The notes below the pieces were generated by a model. It saw only the letters and a list, made by a program, of their open reading frames with translations. It did no database searches and was not told where the DNA came from. The position numbers were made by a program, and so were the translations under genes. A DNA stretch of 64,000 nucleotides from Treponematales bacterium (lineage in GTDB: Bacteria > Spirochaetota > Spirochaetia > Treponematales > JBGSOB01): assembly GCA_041739325.1 (NCBI GenBank), contig JBGSOB010000100.1, positions 3,737 through 67,736 on the forward strand. The letters run 5' to 3'. Of this stretch, positions 44,234 to 54,582 are shown in pieces. How positions within the stretch are numbered: position 1 is the first letter of the stretch; every line of letters begins with the position of its first letter.

Positions 44234-45640
44234 CTAAAGGTAGGTATAGCCTACCGGGTTCTCGGATTGCTTTTTCTCCAAGAGGGCGTTCACGACGCGG
44301 TCAAGCATGACTTGAGTGCCGCGGTAACCACAGCTCAAGATGCGTTGGCCGCCAAAGCGGTCATGGATGGGAAAGTCGAGGCGGATGAGGGGCGCGCCGA
44401 TGGAGCGCGTCACCGAGTAGAGCTTGCTATTGCCTATGTAGAGTTCGGCGCCGGCATCCTGCGCGGCGCGGCCTATCCCGTCATAGTCTGCTTCTTCCAT
44501 GATTGTCAGGCCCTCAAGATCCGTCTGCTCAGCTTCAAGTGCGGCGCGAAGTTTGCTTGAGCGGCCGGAGACGGCACAGAGCACCGGTTGCATTCCCAGT
44601 TCGCGGCAAAAGCCGTAGAGGGCGGCTGCAAGCTCCTCGCGCGCGGCAATGGCCACCTTTACCCCATAGAGGTACTTGTGGCTGTCGATATAGGCGTCTA
44701 TCAAGCGCCCGCGCTCGCGGCGCAGGGCCTCAGGGGCAGGTTGGCCGGAAAGCTCGGCGAGGACGTCGGTGAAGGCGTCGGTAGCGGCTATTCCCAAGGG
44801 ATACTGCAAGCGGTGGTTAGGGACCCGATGCTCGCTTTCAAGCCAAGCCCCGGGGTTTTCGTCGGCACCGCCTGAGAGGAAGAACTCAAGCGAGGCGTCA
44901 GCGCGCGGGCAGAGCCCGAAGCGCTTAATCGACGTGCCGCCCTCTGGCAGTGCCTTGTACTCTCCCCATACCGTGCCGTCGAGGCTGTCCGAGTAGTCCG
45001 GCAAAACGTCTGCGCGGAGCTTAAAACTGCCACAGATTTCATTTAAATGGCGGATATCCTCCGGCGAAACCATGCCGGCAAAGAGGTTGAGGCCTGGACC
45101 TCCCTTAAAGCCGTTGGCCGACGAAGCCGGCTGGCTAAAGCGCTTGACCAGAGAGAGCAGAGCAGCGCGGAAACCGTCCGCGTGGGCCGTGCGGTAGCTA
45201 GGGGTGGACACAAAGGCCAAAGGAACCCGGTCCGGATAGCGCGCCTCGTATTCGCGGACGTAGGAGGCCACATCGTCACCAATCGTTTCAGAAAGACAGG
45301 TAGTGGCTATGGCCACCAATTCCGGCGCGTAGCGCTCCTCAACGTTGGCGATGGCCTTAAAGAGGGATTCATTTCCCCCAAAGACAACCGCGCCCTCGTC
45401 AAAGCTCGATGAAGCCAAGTCTACTGGTTCTCTGAAGTGACTGATCATGTAGCGCCGGATATAGGTGGCGCAGCCCTGTGAGCCGTGGATGACGGGCACG
45501 CATTTGCGCACGCCTTTAAAGGCCAAGGATGCCCCCAAGGGACCGCAGAGGCTGCAGGGGTTGACCGCAGGGTCCATCGACATCGCGCTCGCCTGACCTT
45601 CGCGCAGGGTCTCAGGCCCAGGTCCCATTCTTGCACTCAT
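44234..45640 (-). CDS. nifN: Nitrogenase MoFe-cofactor biosynthesis scaffold subunit NifN
   Basis: NPCSLCGPLGASLAFKGVRKCVPVIHGSQGCATYIRR is a NifK/NifN-family fold. The gene overlaps nifE by 4 nt. Confidence 0.88.
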   Translation of the reverse strand: MSARMGPGPETLREGQASAMSMDPAVNPCSLCGPLGASLAFKGVRKCVPVIHGSQGCATYIRRYMISHFREPVDLASSSFDEGAVVFGGNESLFKAIANVEERYAPELVAIATTCLSETIGDDVASYVREYEARYPDRVPLAFVSTPSYRTAHADGFRAALLSLVKRFSQPASSANGFKGGPGLNLFAGMVSPEDIRHLNEICGSFKLRADVLPDYSDSLDGTVWGEYKALPEGGTSIKRFGLCPRADASLEFFLSGGADENPGAWLESEHRVPNHRLQYPLGIAATDAFTDVLAELSGQPAPEALRRERGRLIDAYIDSHKYLYGVKVAIAAREELAAALYGFCRELGMQPVLCAVSGRSSKLRAALEAEQTDLEGLTIMEEADYDGIGRAAQDAGAELYIGNSKLYSVTRSIGAPLIRLDFPIHDRFGGQRILSCGYRGTQVMLDRVVNALLEKKQSENPVGYTYL

Positions 45641-47001
45641 TCTTCCCTCCCCCCCGCCTTCTTACGCGGGACCCATTTCCAAACCGGGCTTAACACCGAG
45701 GAAGCCACCTCTTTTGCGAAGTTGACCATTCCCTCAAAGCCGGCAAGCGGTATCTTGCGTTCATGGTTGTGGTCGCAAAAACCAACCCCGATCTTGTAGG
45801 CTATCGGGCGTTCCTTGACCCCGCCGATAAAGAGGTCTATGCCCTTTTCCGCCACAAAGTGCGAGAGCTCAAGCGGGTTGGAGTCGTCCACGATGGCGGT
45901 GCCCGGTTGGCACATGGCGGCAAACTGCTCGTAATCCTCCCGCGTGCCGGTTTGCGAACCGACCAGCGCAACCTCCATGCCCAAATAACGCAGTATCTTA
46001 ATGAGGCTAAAGGCCTTGAATGCCCCGCCCACGTAAATGGCAGCTTTTTTTCCACGCAATTTTTTGGCGTATTCCTTGAGCCGCGGGTAGACCCTTTCCG
46101 TCTCCTCACGCACAAGTGTTTTTGCCTTTTCGCCCACTTCGCCGTTATCGTCCTTAAAAAAATCAGCAACGTCGTAGAGGGATTTGGCCGTGTCTTCCAA
46201 GCCGAAATAGGATACGCGTATAAAGGGTATCCCATATTTTTCCTTCATCTCCTGGGCAAGGGGTGAAAGCGCGCCTGAGCATTGCACGACGTTGAGCGAC
46301 GCTCCATGGGCGCGCCGGATCTCATCCACCCGCCCGTCGCCGGTGAGGATGGACACTACCTCTACGCCGATGCGCTCATAGTAAGCGCGAATGTCCCAGG
46401 CCTCGCCGGCTAGGTTGAATTCCCCCAAGATATTGATGGAAACCCGCCCGATACCGGAAGTATCGCCAGTTCCGACAAGGCTCATCAGGGCGCGGCAGGC
46501 GGCCTTGTAGCCGTCTTTTTTTGTGCCCTTGAAGCCCTCGGAGTGAACCGGTATGACGGGTATTCCCGTAGCCTCTTGGGCTTTGCGGCAGACGGCGTCT
46601 ACGTCATCCCCGATGACGCCCACAATGCAAGTCGCGTACACAAAGGCAGCTTTGGGCTGGTAGCGCTCTACCAAGCTTAAAAGCGAGGCATAGAGTTTGC
46701 CCTCTCCGCCGAAAACGATGTCCCTTTCCCGCAGATCGGTGCTAAAACTCAAGCGGTGAAGCTCTGGCCCAGAGCTCATGGAGCCGCGGATGTCCCAGGT
46801 ATAGGCCGCGCAGCCGATGGGGCCGTGGACTATATGGAGGGCATCGGCAATCGGGTAGAGGACTACCCGCGAACCGCAAAAAACGCAGGCTCGCTGGCTG
46901 ACCGCGCCGGCGGCGCTTTTCTTTTCACAGGCCATGTCAAAGGGCTTCTCGCCCAGCACGTGAACCTGCTTTTCTCGTTCCGCGATAAACGGCACGGCCA
47001 T
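45637..47001 (-). CDS. nifE: Nitrogenase MoFe-cofactor biosynthesis scaffold subunit NifE
   Basis: CVFCGSRVVLYPIADALHIVHGPIGCAAYTWD is NifD-like but shorter. Its position after nifK supports the call. Confidence 0.9.
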   Translation of the reverse strand: MAVPFIAEREKQVHVLGEKPFDMACEKKSAAGAVSQRACVFCGSRVVLYPIADALHIVHGPIGCAAYTWDIRGSMSSGPELHRLSFSTDLRERDIVFGGEGKLYASLLSLVERYQPKAAFVYATCIVGVIGDDVDAVCRKAQEATGIPVIPVHSEGFKGTKKDGYKAACRALMSLVGTGDTSGIGRVSINILGEFNLAGEAWDIRAYYERIGVEVVSILTGDGRVDEIRRAHGASLNVVQCSGALSPLAQEMKEKYGIPFIRVSYFGLEDTAKSLYDVADFFKDDNGEVGEKAKTLVREETERVYPRLKEYAKKLRGKKAAIYVGGAFKAFSLIKILRYLGMEVALVGSQTGTREDYEQFAAMCQPGTAIVDDSNPLELSHFVAEKGIDLFIGGVKERPIAYKIGVGFCDHNHERKIPLAGFEGMVNFAKEVASSVLSPVWKWVPRKKAGGREE

Positions 47002-47012
47002 ATCCAGCCTCC

Positions 47013-48395
47013 TTACATCACTAACTCGAAACTCTCTTCTGGAGCGTCCCGATCCTGCTTGTCCATGATGACGCTAAGAATCTTTTCCAAAAGCCGCATG
47101 CCCCCCGCATAGCCGACGCTGGGGAAGTAGCTGTGGCCGACACGGTCGTAGATGGGGAAGCCCATCCTGACATAGGGGGTGTCCTCGTCGCGGGCAATGT
47201 ACTTTCCGTAGCTGTTGCCGATGAGGAGGTCCACGCCCTCTTGCTTGATCCACTGGTGCATGAGGAACATGTCGGCCCGTTCCCCATTTTGAAACTTAGC
47301 CTCCGGCACAACGCTGCCCAGGATCTTGCCCAAGCGCTCGTCGAAGGACTTGCCGGCGGTGCCGGAAACGATGTAGACCGGCTTCATGTCGATGTCGGAT
47401 AGGAATTCCGCCAGCGGGATGAGCCAATCCGGGTCGCCCCAGAGGGCTACGCGCTTGCCGTACAGGTACTGCTGCATGTCGGTGATCATGTCCACCAAGC
47501 GTCCGCGCTCGTCGGTAATAGAGTCCGGCACCGTGAAGCCGGAGTACTCAGTCAGCGCCGAGAGGAAACGGTCGGTAGCGCGTATCCCGATGGGCAGGTC
47601 CAGGACTTCGAAGGGAACCTGGCAGTATTTAAAGAGAGCCTCACCGGCCGCTTGGGAAGCCCATTCGCCTAAGCAGAAGGTCCGTTCGGCGGCCCCCATG
47701 GACCTAATGGCGGGAATGGTCGTGCCGCCCTTGGGGTACATCTCGTGGTGGCCGGTCTGCGGCGCGTCCAAAACGTCGGAGGTGTCGGGGAAGAGGGTAA
47801 AGGGCAGCTTCATGGCCTTTAAGAGCCTCTTTATCTCCCGCATATCGCCCGGCTCAACCCAGCCGGGTATCACGTTAAAGCGGCATTCCTTGATCTGCGC
47901 CGGCGCGGCCAACTGGCGCAGGGTCTGCGCGCACATGGCTGAAAAGCCGGTAACGTGACTGCCCACATAGCTGGGGGTATTGGCGTGAATGACGCATTTT
48001 CCCTTGGGAATCTTGCCTTCTTCCGCCGCCTTGCTCACTATCTGCGGGATGTCGTCGCCGATGGTCTCCGAGAGACAAGTGGTATGGATGGCGATCACTT
48101 CCGGGTCGTAGATGGTGAACATGTTGTTGATAGCCGCGACAAGGTTCATCTGGCCGCCGAAGACGCTCGAGCCTTCGGTGAAAGATGAAGTGCCTGCCAT
48201 GATGGGCTCTTTGTAATGCCGCGTCAGGGCTGAGCGGTGGTAGGAGCAGCAACCCTGAGAGCCATGGCTATGCGGCAGGCATCCGTGGATGCCCAAAGCC
48301 GCGTAGAGGGCCCCGATGGGCTGGCAGGTCTTAGCGGGGTTAACCGTCAAGGCCTCCCGCGGCTTAATCTCCGCGGTCGTGTGTCGTAACAGCAT
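47013..48395 (-). CDS. nifK: Nitrogenase MoFe protein beta chain
   Basis: The true start ATG at 48395 overlaps the nifD stop (ATAATG). The protein begins MLLRHTTAEIKPREALTVNPAKTCQPIGALYAALGIHGCLPHSHGSQGCCSYHR. Confidence 0.93.
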   Translation of the reverse strand: MLLRHTTAEIKPREALTVNPAKTCQPIGALYAALGIHGCLPHSHGSQGCCSYHRSALTRHYKEPIMAGTSSFTEGSSVFGGQMNLVAAINNMFTIYDPEVIAIHTTCLSETIGDDIPQIVSKAAEEGKIPKGKCVIHANTPSYVGSHVTGFSAMCAQTLRQLAAPAQIKECRFNVIPGWVEPGDMREIKRLLKAMKLPFTLFPDTSDVLDAPQTGHHEMYPKGGTTIPAIRSMGAAERTFCLGEWASQAAGEALFKYCQVPFEVLDLPIGIRATDRFLSALTEYSGFTVPDSITDERGRLVDMITDMQQYLYGKRVALWGDPDWLIPLAEFLSDIDMKPVYIVSGTAGKSFDERLGKILGSVVPEAKFQNGERADMFLMHQWIKQEGVDLLIGNSYGKYIARDEDTPYVRMGFPIYDRVGHSYFPSVGYAGGMRLLEKILSVIMDKQDRDAPEESFELVM

Positions 48396-50029
48396 TATGC
48401 GCTCCTTTCCTCGGGTCTTACGTACTGGGCCCGCAGGGCTTCCCCCTTCTCCCAGGGGGCGCCGATCAAACTCCACACTCGGCTGCCGGCGATCATGGCA
48501 ATGTCCTTGTAGAAGTTGATCGCTCCCTGGAAGCCGGCGTAGGGTCCGCCGTAGTCGTAACTGTGCAACTGCTTAAGGGGCACCCCCATCTTCTGCACCG
48601 CGTACTTTTCCTTGATGCCGGCGCAGAAAACGTCGGGCTTGTGGCTCTTGATCAAAACCTCCATCTCATGATGGCTTAAGTCGTCTATCACCAAGCTTCC
48701 CTTGTCCATCTCTTCCATCAAGCCTTCATAGTCCTTGAAGAGGAATCCTTTGGAGGCCAGCACCTGCTTGCGCTCATCCGACATGCGTAGGCGGTAGCGC
48801 TCCGGGTCCGGGCTCACTTCCAGCTCCTCGATATTTCTGCTGTCGGAGTCTACCTTGATGTCGGGCAGAACCTTCCGCCCCTCGTAGTCGTCTCTGTGCC
48901 CGAACTCATAGCCGGCGGCCAGGGTCTTCATGCCCAACTCGGTAAAGAGCTCTTGGTAGTGGTGGGCGCGGCTTCCGCCGACGAAGAGCATAGTCGTCTT
49001 GCCCTTTGTTTTGGGCAGTACCTCGGCAAGGGCCGCGTCTACCTTGGGCATCTCCTCGGCTATCACTGTCTCAATGCGCGCCAGAAGCTCTGCGTCGCCG
49101 AAGTACTCGCCTATCTTGCGCAGGCTCTTGGCGCTCGCCTTGGCACCGATGAAGTTCACCTTGATCCAGGGTATGCCGAACTTCGTCTCCATCATGTCGG
49201 CCACGTAGTTGATGGACCTATGGCACATCACCGCGTTTAAGTCGGCCATGTGAGAGTTCTCGAACTTTTCATAGCTTGAGTTCCCGGAAAAACTGGAGAG
49301 CAGGGTTATGCCACAGCGCTCCAGCAAGTCCTCGATGACGAAGGCGTCGCCGCCGATATTGTACTCGCCGAGCATGTTGATCTTGAACTTGCCCTCTACC
49401 TGCTTTTGCCCATTGCCGATGACGTGCTTGAAGAGCTGGTTGTTGGCTATATGGTGGCCGGCCGATTGGCTCACGCCCTTGTAGCCTTCGCAGGAAAAGG
49501 CAAAGACGTTGCAGTCGCCGAACTTTTCCTTCATCTCGCGCGCCACGGCGTGGATATCGTCGCCGATAAGGCCCACCGGGCAGGTGGCAAAAACGCCGAT
49601 AGCCTTAGGGTGGAAGATGTCGTAGGCCTCCTGGATTGCCTGTCGCAACTTCTTCTCCCCGCCAAAAACGATGTTCGAGTCCTGCATGTCCGTTGAGAAG
49701 CAATAGGTCATGAAGTTCTCATCCGTGCCGGCTTCCGTACCCGGCCGAGTTTGGTTGCGCCGCGTCAACCAGGAATAAAAGCCGCAGCCGATGGGACCAT
49801 GGGTCAGATTGATGATGTCCCTGGTGGGACCGAGGACGACTCCCTTGCAACCAGCATAGGTACAACCGCGCTGGGTTATGATGCCGGGTATGGTACGCAC
49901 GTTTGCCTGTATTTCCTGGTCGCTACCCGGCTCCCTGAGGATGATGGATCCCTGGCGCTTACGCGCCACCTTGGCGGGGTAAACGTCTACCAGTTGCTCT
50001 ACCGTGATCGGTTTCTTCGCTTCACTCAT
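48395..50029 (-). CDS. nifD: Nitrogenase MoFe protein alpha chain (anaerobe/Clostridium-type with about 50-aa insertion)
   Basis: HGPIGCGFYSW, VMCHRS (cofactor Cys context) and GYEFGH (cofactor His context). There is an extra segment KVLPDIKVDSDSRNIEELEVSPDPERYRLRMSDERKQVLASKGFLFKDYEG after GYEFGHRDDY. No G-subunit gene lies between D and K. Confidence 0.95.
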   Translation of the reverse strand: MSEAKKPITVEQLVDVYPAKVARKRQGSIILREPGSDQEIQANVRTIPGIITQRGCTYAGCKGVVLGPTRDIINLTHGPIGCGFYSWLTRRNQTRPGTEAGTDENFMTYCFSTDMQDSNIVFGGEKKLRQAIQEAYDIFHPKAIGVFATCPVGLIGDDIHAVAREMKEKFGDCNVFAFSCEGYKGVSQSAGHHIANNQLFKHVIGNGQKQVEGKFKINMLGEYNIGGDAFVIEDLLERCGITLLSSFSGNSSYEKFENSHMADLNAVMCHRSINYVADMMETKFGIPWIKVNFIGAKASAKSLRKIGEYFGDAELLARIETVIAEEMPKVDAALAEVLPKTKGKTTMLFVGGSRAHHYQELFTELGMKTLAAGYEFGHRDDYEGRKVLPDIKVDSDSRNIEELEVSPDPERYRLRMSDERKQVLASKGFLFKDYEGLMEEMDKGSLVIDDLSHHEMEVLIKSHKPDVFCAGIKEKYAVQKMGVPLKQLHSYDYGGPYAGFQGAINFYKDIAMIAGSRVWSLIGAPWEKGEALRAQYVRPEERSA

Positions 50030-50044
50030 ACTATTCCCCTTGCC

Positions 50045-50422
50045 CTACTGCAGGACCTTGTCTCCGTGCTCGCCGGTCCGCACCCGATAAGAATCGAGGC
50101 AGGGCAACACGAAGATCTTCCCGTCGCCGGGCTTTCCCGTTTGATTGGTCTTGACGATGGCCGCCACCGCGTCTTGCACCTTGTCGTCGCTGACAGCTAT
50201 CATCAGCATCCGCTTGGGGATGAGGCGCGGGCCGTCACCCAAGAGCGACACCGCGTATTCGTTGCCCTCTTCGGCCGCCTTGAGGACCTTAAAGTCAACC
50301 AGTCCCTTGCCGCGGCCCATGACGCGCCCGGTGGCGGTAATGGCGCCAATACCGGCCTGCGCCAAGGCTAGCTTGGTTTCGTTCATCCGGTTCATGCGGA
50401 TGATCGCCATGATCTCTTTCAT
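50045..50422 (-). CDS. nifI2: PII-family nitrogenase regulator NifI2
   Basis: A 125-aa GlnB-like protein (MKEIMAIIRMNRMNETKLAL...GDGKIFVLP), the second PII gene between nifH and nifD. Confidence 0.85.
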   Translation of the reverse strand: MKEIMAIIRMNRMNETKLALAQAGIGAITATGRVMGRGKGLVDFKVLKAAEEGNEYAVSLLGDGPRLIPKRMLMIAVSDDKVQDAVAAIVKTNQTGKPGDGKIFVLPCLDSYRVRTGEHGDKVLQ

Positions 50423-50745
50423 AGACCGGCCTCCGCGGTGCGCACGGTGTAGGCTTCCTCCACCGGCAGAATGAATATCTTGCCGTCGCCGAAGGCGCCC
50501 TCGTCGCCGGTCTTTGCCTTGGCCATGATGATCTTGAGCACCATATCCTTGTCCTCGTCCTTGATCACGTTTATAAGCATTTCCTTAGGCAGCTCGTCGT
50601 AAACGACGTCGCCGATCTTGATTCCCTTCTGCTTGCCGCGCCCGGCGACGCTGAGCTTTGTTATAGCCGGAAAGCCCGCGTCCAAGAGGGCATCCATCAC
50701 CGCCTGCGCGCGCTCCGGGCGCACTACCGATTTGATCATGATCAT
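50419..50745 (-). CDS. nifI1: PII-family nitrogenase regulator NifI1
   Basis: A 108-aa GlnB-like protein (MIMIKSVVRPERAQAVMDALLDAGF...GDGKIFILPVEEAY), immediately downstream of nifH. Confidence 0.85.
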   Translation of the reverse strand: MIMIKSVVRPERAQAVMDALLDAGFPAITKLSVAGRGKQKGIKIGDVVYDELPKEMLINVIKDEDKDMVLKIIMAKAKTGDEGAFGDGKIFILPVEEAYTVRTAEAGL

Positions 50746-50756
50746 CTGTCTCTCCT

Positions 50757-51665
<909 letters not shown>

Positions 51666-51738
51666 TTATTTCATTGCTTTGAATTGATATAATAAAAGCT
51701 TAGCCAGCATCGCCCCTAAGAAAAACATAAAAAAGCAT

Positions 51739-51754
51739 GGCAAAATTCCCACCA
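51739..51754 (-). promoter_or_regulatory. Second, weaker sigma54-like element upstream of nifH
   Basis: The minus strand reads TGGTGG-GAATT-TTGCC. GG and GC are correctly spaced, but the -24 hexamer is imperfect. Confidence 0.3.
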
Positions 51755-51847
51755 ATGGGTAGGAAAAAAGCGGCTTGTCACTAAATGGTAGGATTAGGTG
51801 AAGGAAGAATAAAGGATAAAAGCAGAGCGCTGAAAGGCGGTTTTAGC

Positions 51848-53617
51848 CTATAGCTCCTCGAGAGTAGCTTCTTCTTTAGCAGCCTTGCCTGAGCTAAGAT
51901 CAGGCGCCGTGCCGTCAATACGCGCGATTCCAATTTTCTTGATGAGATCCTCGATGCGTGCGCTCCCGGCAGAATCGAGTCCTTCAAAGCTCAGCCCGAC
52001 CAAGTAGATATTACCTTCCTTCGTCACGCGTCGAACCTTTGCCTTGCCGTTCAGCCGCAGCCCATTTGTCTTGAGGGAAAGTGGCAAGGCAAATTCAAGC
52101 GATAAAACATCACCCGGCTTAAATGCGCGCTCGGCGTAAATGAGCATACCCTTGGCCGAGAGGTCTCCGAGGTAGCCGGCCAGCTCACCGGAGCTCAAAT
52201 ATACCTCTAGGTTAAAAAGAAGGAATTCCCGTCTATGCCCACGCCCATACTTCCTATCGCTCTCATTGGGATCTATCTCAAAGCGATCCACTACCCTTGA
52301 AAGCTCAAAGGCGGCAACCTTGAGGTAGGAACCCATTTGCGCCAGGATCTCCGCGGTTTCGTAGGAATGCCCGGCCCGCTCCGAGGCAAGGTCTACCTTT
52401 TTTCCCAAGGGCTGTGAGAGTGCTTGCTGCCGACGCACCAGCTCATCGACTGAGCGTACCGAGAGGGCAGATGCCTTGGCCGTTCCGATGGCCTTGAGAA
52501 TGGCCTGATTATTTTCGGCAAAAAGATCGGCAAAGCGGAAGAGCCCCTCTTTTACCGCCCGCGAGCGTCCCTCCATAGCGCTGATTCCCCCCACCAGGCT
52601 TGAGACGGTTCGCGCGAAGGACGCGGCCTCAAGGCTGGATTCGGAAGCCGAGCGCGCTGAGACGGAAACGCTGTCCACCGTGGAGGAAAGCCTTGAGGCG
52701 ATAAGGTTGATGGTATCCTTGCTGCTTTCCGAAAGCGAACGCACTTCGGCGGCGACAACCGCAAAACCCTTGCCGGAAGCCCCGGCGCGGGCCGCCTCAA
52801 TGGACGCGTTTACCGCCAAGGTGGATGTTCTCTCGGCAATGTCTTTGAGAGCGTCAAGGGATTGGGCCATGAGGCGGGCGTCTGCCGCCGCGGATTCGGT
52901 TATGCGCGACAAACCGGCTAGGCGGGTTTCCATAGCCAAAGCGCTTTGGGCCTGGGCGGCGGCGTCCCGAGCTTGAGCCTGTATCGATACAAGGGAGTCC
53001 TCTACCTCACGCTCAAGGCCTGATAAGGCATCCAAACCCCGGGCAGATCGGACTGACAAACCTTCAGCTTCCACGGCATCGGCCTCAAGACGGAGGGCGA
53101 GCTCGGCAATAGCGGAAGCCGACTGCCCAAGCTCGGCAAGTAAGTCGCTAATACCGCCCGTGGTCTCGACCACCACGTCCTTAAGGGAGCGTGAGCGTTC
53201 GGATAGTTGCCGCGATGAAAAACCGATATCGGCGGCAAAGAGATCGAATTTCCTTGCCGATGCCTTCATCCACAGCAGACTGCGGTTGAGCCTTTCCATC
53301 CCATCATTGAGGGTTGTAAAGAGCTCATCCTTATCCTCGGGTAGTCTTGTGCGCAGGTCGGCTGGTTCGCGGCTTAAGCCGCGCAGGGCGCCCAAGAGGG
53401 CCTTGCCGCCACGGCCTTGCCTGATAATGACGAGAAGAAAAATGAAGAAACTGATCCCCGAGCCCAGGGCGGCGGCAAGGAGGGCGGAAAGTGGGGCGGA
53501 GAGACCGAGGCGTGGAAAAAAGAAGGCCAGAACAGCGCTCAGGGGAATCCAGAGGCCAGCAAAGATAAGCGGAAGGAATGATCGTCTGCCCATACGAACA
53601 CTATAGCCGAAAAACAT
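51848..53617 (-). CDS. Methyl-accepting chemotaxis protein with C-terminal PilZ domain
   Basis: MCP hairpin [36 protein letters not shown]. The C-terminus has RGHRR (RxxxR) and DLSAKG (DxSxxG) about 24 aa apart. An alternative start is at 53593. Confidence 0.85.
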   Translation of the reverse strand: MFFGYSVRMGRRSFLPLIFAGLWIPLSAVLAFFFPRLGLSAPLSALLAAALGSGISFFIFLLVIIRQGRGGKALLGALRGLSREPADLRTRLPEDKDELFTTLNDGMERLNRSLLWMKASARKFDLFAADIGFSSRQLSERSRSLKDVVVETTGGISDLLAELGQSASAIAELALRLEADAVEAEGLSVRSARGLDALSGLEREVEDSLVSIQAQARDAAAQAQSALAMETRLAGLSRITESAAADARLMAQSLDALKDIAERTSTLAVNASIEAARAGASGKGFAVVAAEVRSLSESSKDTINLIASRLSSTVDSVSVSARSASESSLEAASFARTVSSLVGGISAMEGRSRAVKEGLFRFADLFAENNQAILKAIGTAKASALSVRSVDELVRRQQALSQPLGKKVDLASERAGHSYETAEILAQMGSYLKVAAFELSRVVDRFEIDPNESDRKYGRGHRREFLLFNLEVYLSSGELAGYLGDLSAKGMLIYAERAFKPGDVLSLEFALPLSLKTNGLRLNGKAKVRRVTKEGNIYLVGLSFEGLDSAGSARIEDLIKKIGIARIDGTAPDLSSGKAAKEEATLEEL

Positions 53618-53631
53618 TATTTTTGCGATAG

Positions 53632-53657
53632 AAAAAAGCCGCCCCAGACGGGGCGGC
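53632..53657 (-). terminator. Rho-independent terminator after the FMN-binding lipoprotein gene
   Basis: The minus strand reads GCCGCCCC-GTCT-GGGGCGGC followed by T6. Confidence 0.85.
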
Positions 53658-53676
53658 TTTAAGTTGAAACTGGAGA

Positions 53677-54492
53677 CTATTTAGCCATCGCAAGGGCTTG
53701 GGCCGCGAGGTCGAAGCATGTCTTGACGGATATAGTCGCGCCAGAGATGGCGTCGGTATGGCCTTCCTCGTCCTTGTAGGCGATTGTGGAAGGATCCTGG
53801 GTAGAGACGATATAGGAGGCAACGGCGATGGACTGCTCGGTCCAGTTCTTGGCCCCACCCATGTCGTACTTGCCGTTCTTGACAGCGCTCTTCTTGTCGG
53901 CACCCGTAGCGGTATAACCATTCCAGTTGATGTAGACGATCCTACCGGACTTTACGTACACCTCTACATAGTCGCGCCAGCCGGTCTTGGGGTCGAATCC
54001 CTCAGCTTGAGCGCGGTACATCCCGTTCTTATAAACGATAGCCTCAGCCTTCATGGGAATACCCAAGAGGGCCTGGGCGGCCAGCTCAAAGAATTCCTTG
54101 ACGGAGATGGAGGCGCCGGAGATGGCGTCGGTGTGGCCGTCTTCGTCCTTGTAAACGATCTTCGTCGGGTCCTGGGTCTTGATCAGGTAAGCTTCTGCCA
54201 AGGCAGCCTGCTCGTGCCAGGGAACTCCGCCTTCCTTCATGACGTACTTGCCGTCGATGGATGCCTGCTTCTTGAACTGATTTGTGTTCAAGCTGACCCC
54301 GTCCCAATCCGCCGCGACGATCTTGCCGCCCTTCACGGTGATGGAGACGACTCCCTTCCAGCCGGATTGGCTGAATTCGGGGGCCTCGGTTGTGTAGATT
54401 CCGTCTTTAAAGCGGCCTGTACCGCAACCCCCGCAGGACGCTATCAAGGCAACCAGGGAAAGGGCGATAGCAATGGCGATAAACTTCTTCAT
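53677..54492 (-). CDS. Lipoprotein with two tandem FMN-binding (FMN_bind) domains, PplA-like
   Basis: ATG at 54492 is preceded by GGAGGAGG. The signal and lipobox read MKKFIAIAIALSLVALIASC. There are two roughly 126-aa repeats, each ending HTDAISGA(S/T)ISVK (a flavinylation-type Dxx[ST]GA[ST] motif). The duplication is visible at the DNA level with a 378-bp offset. Confidence 0.75.
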   Translation of the reverse strand: MKKFIAIAIALSLVALIASCGGCGTGRFKDGIYTTEAPEFSQSGWKGVVSITVKGGKIVAADWDGVSLNTNQFKKQASIDGKYVMKEGGVPWHEQAALAEAYLIKTQDPTKIVYKDEDGHTDAISGASISVKEFFELAAQALLGIPMKAEAIVYKNGMYRAQAEGFDPKTGWRDYVEVYVKSGRIVYINWNGYTATGADKKSAVKNGKYDMGGAKNWTEQSIAVASYIVSTQDPSTIAYKDEEGHTDAISGATISVKTCFDLAAQALAMAK

Positions 54493-54582
54493 GTAATTCC
54501 TCCTCCTGATGGGGACAGAGCCCCTCAGACCCACTCATAATAGCGGAAGCGCAAGATGGCCGCAAGGCCAAACGCCCAGCTT

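Noticed and set aside
48395-50029. Alternative (V- or Fe-only) nitrogenase.
   Set aside because: There is no vnfG/anfG-like small gene between D and K. The presence of nifE/N/B/V and molybdate transporter genes indicates a Mo enzyme.
51776-51791. NifA UAS candidate TGTCACTAAATGGTAG upstream of nifH.
   Set aside because: It has the TGT half-site, but N10 is followed by TAG rather than ACA, and there is no second copy.
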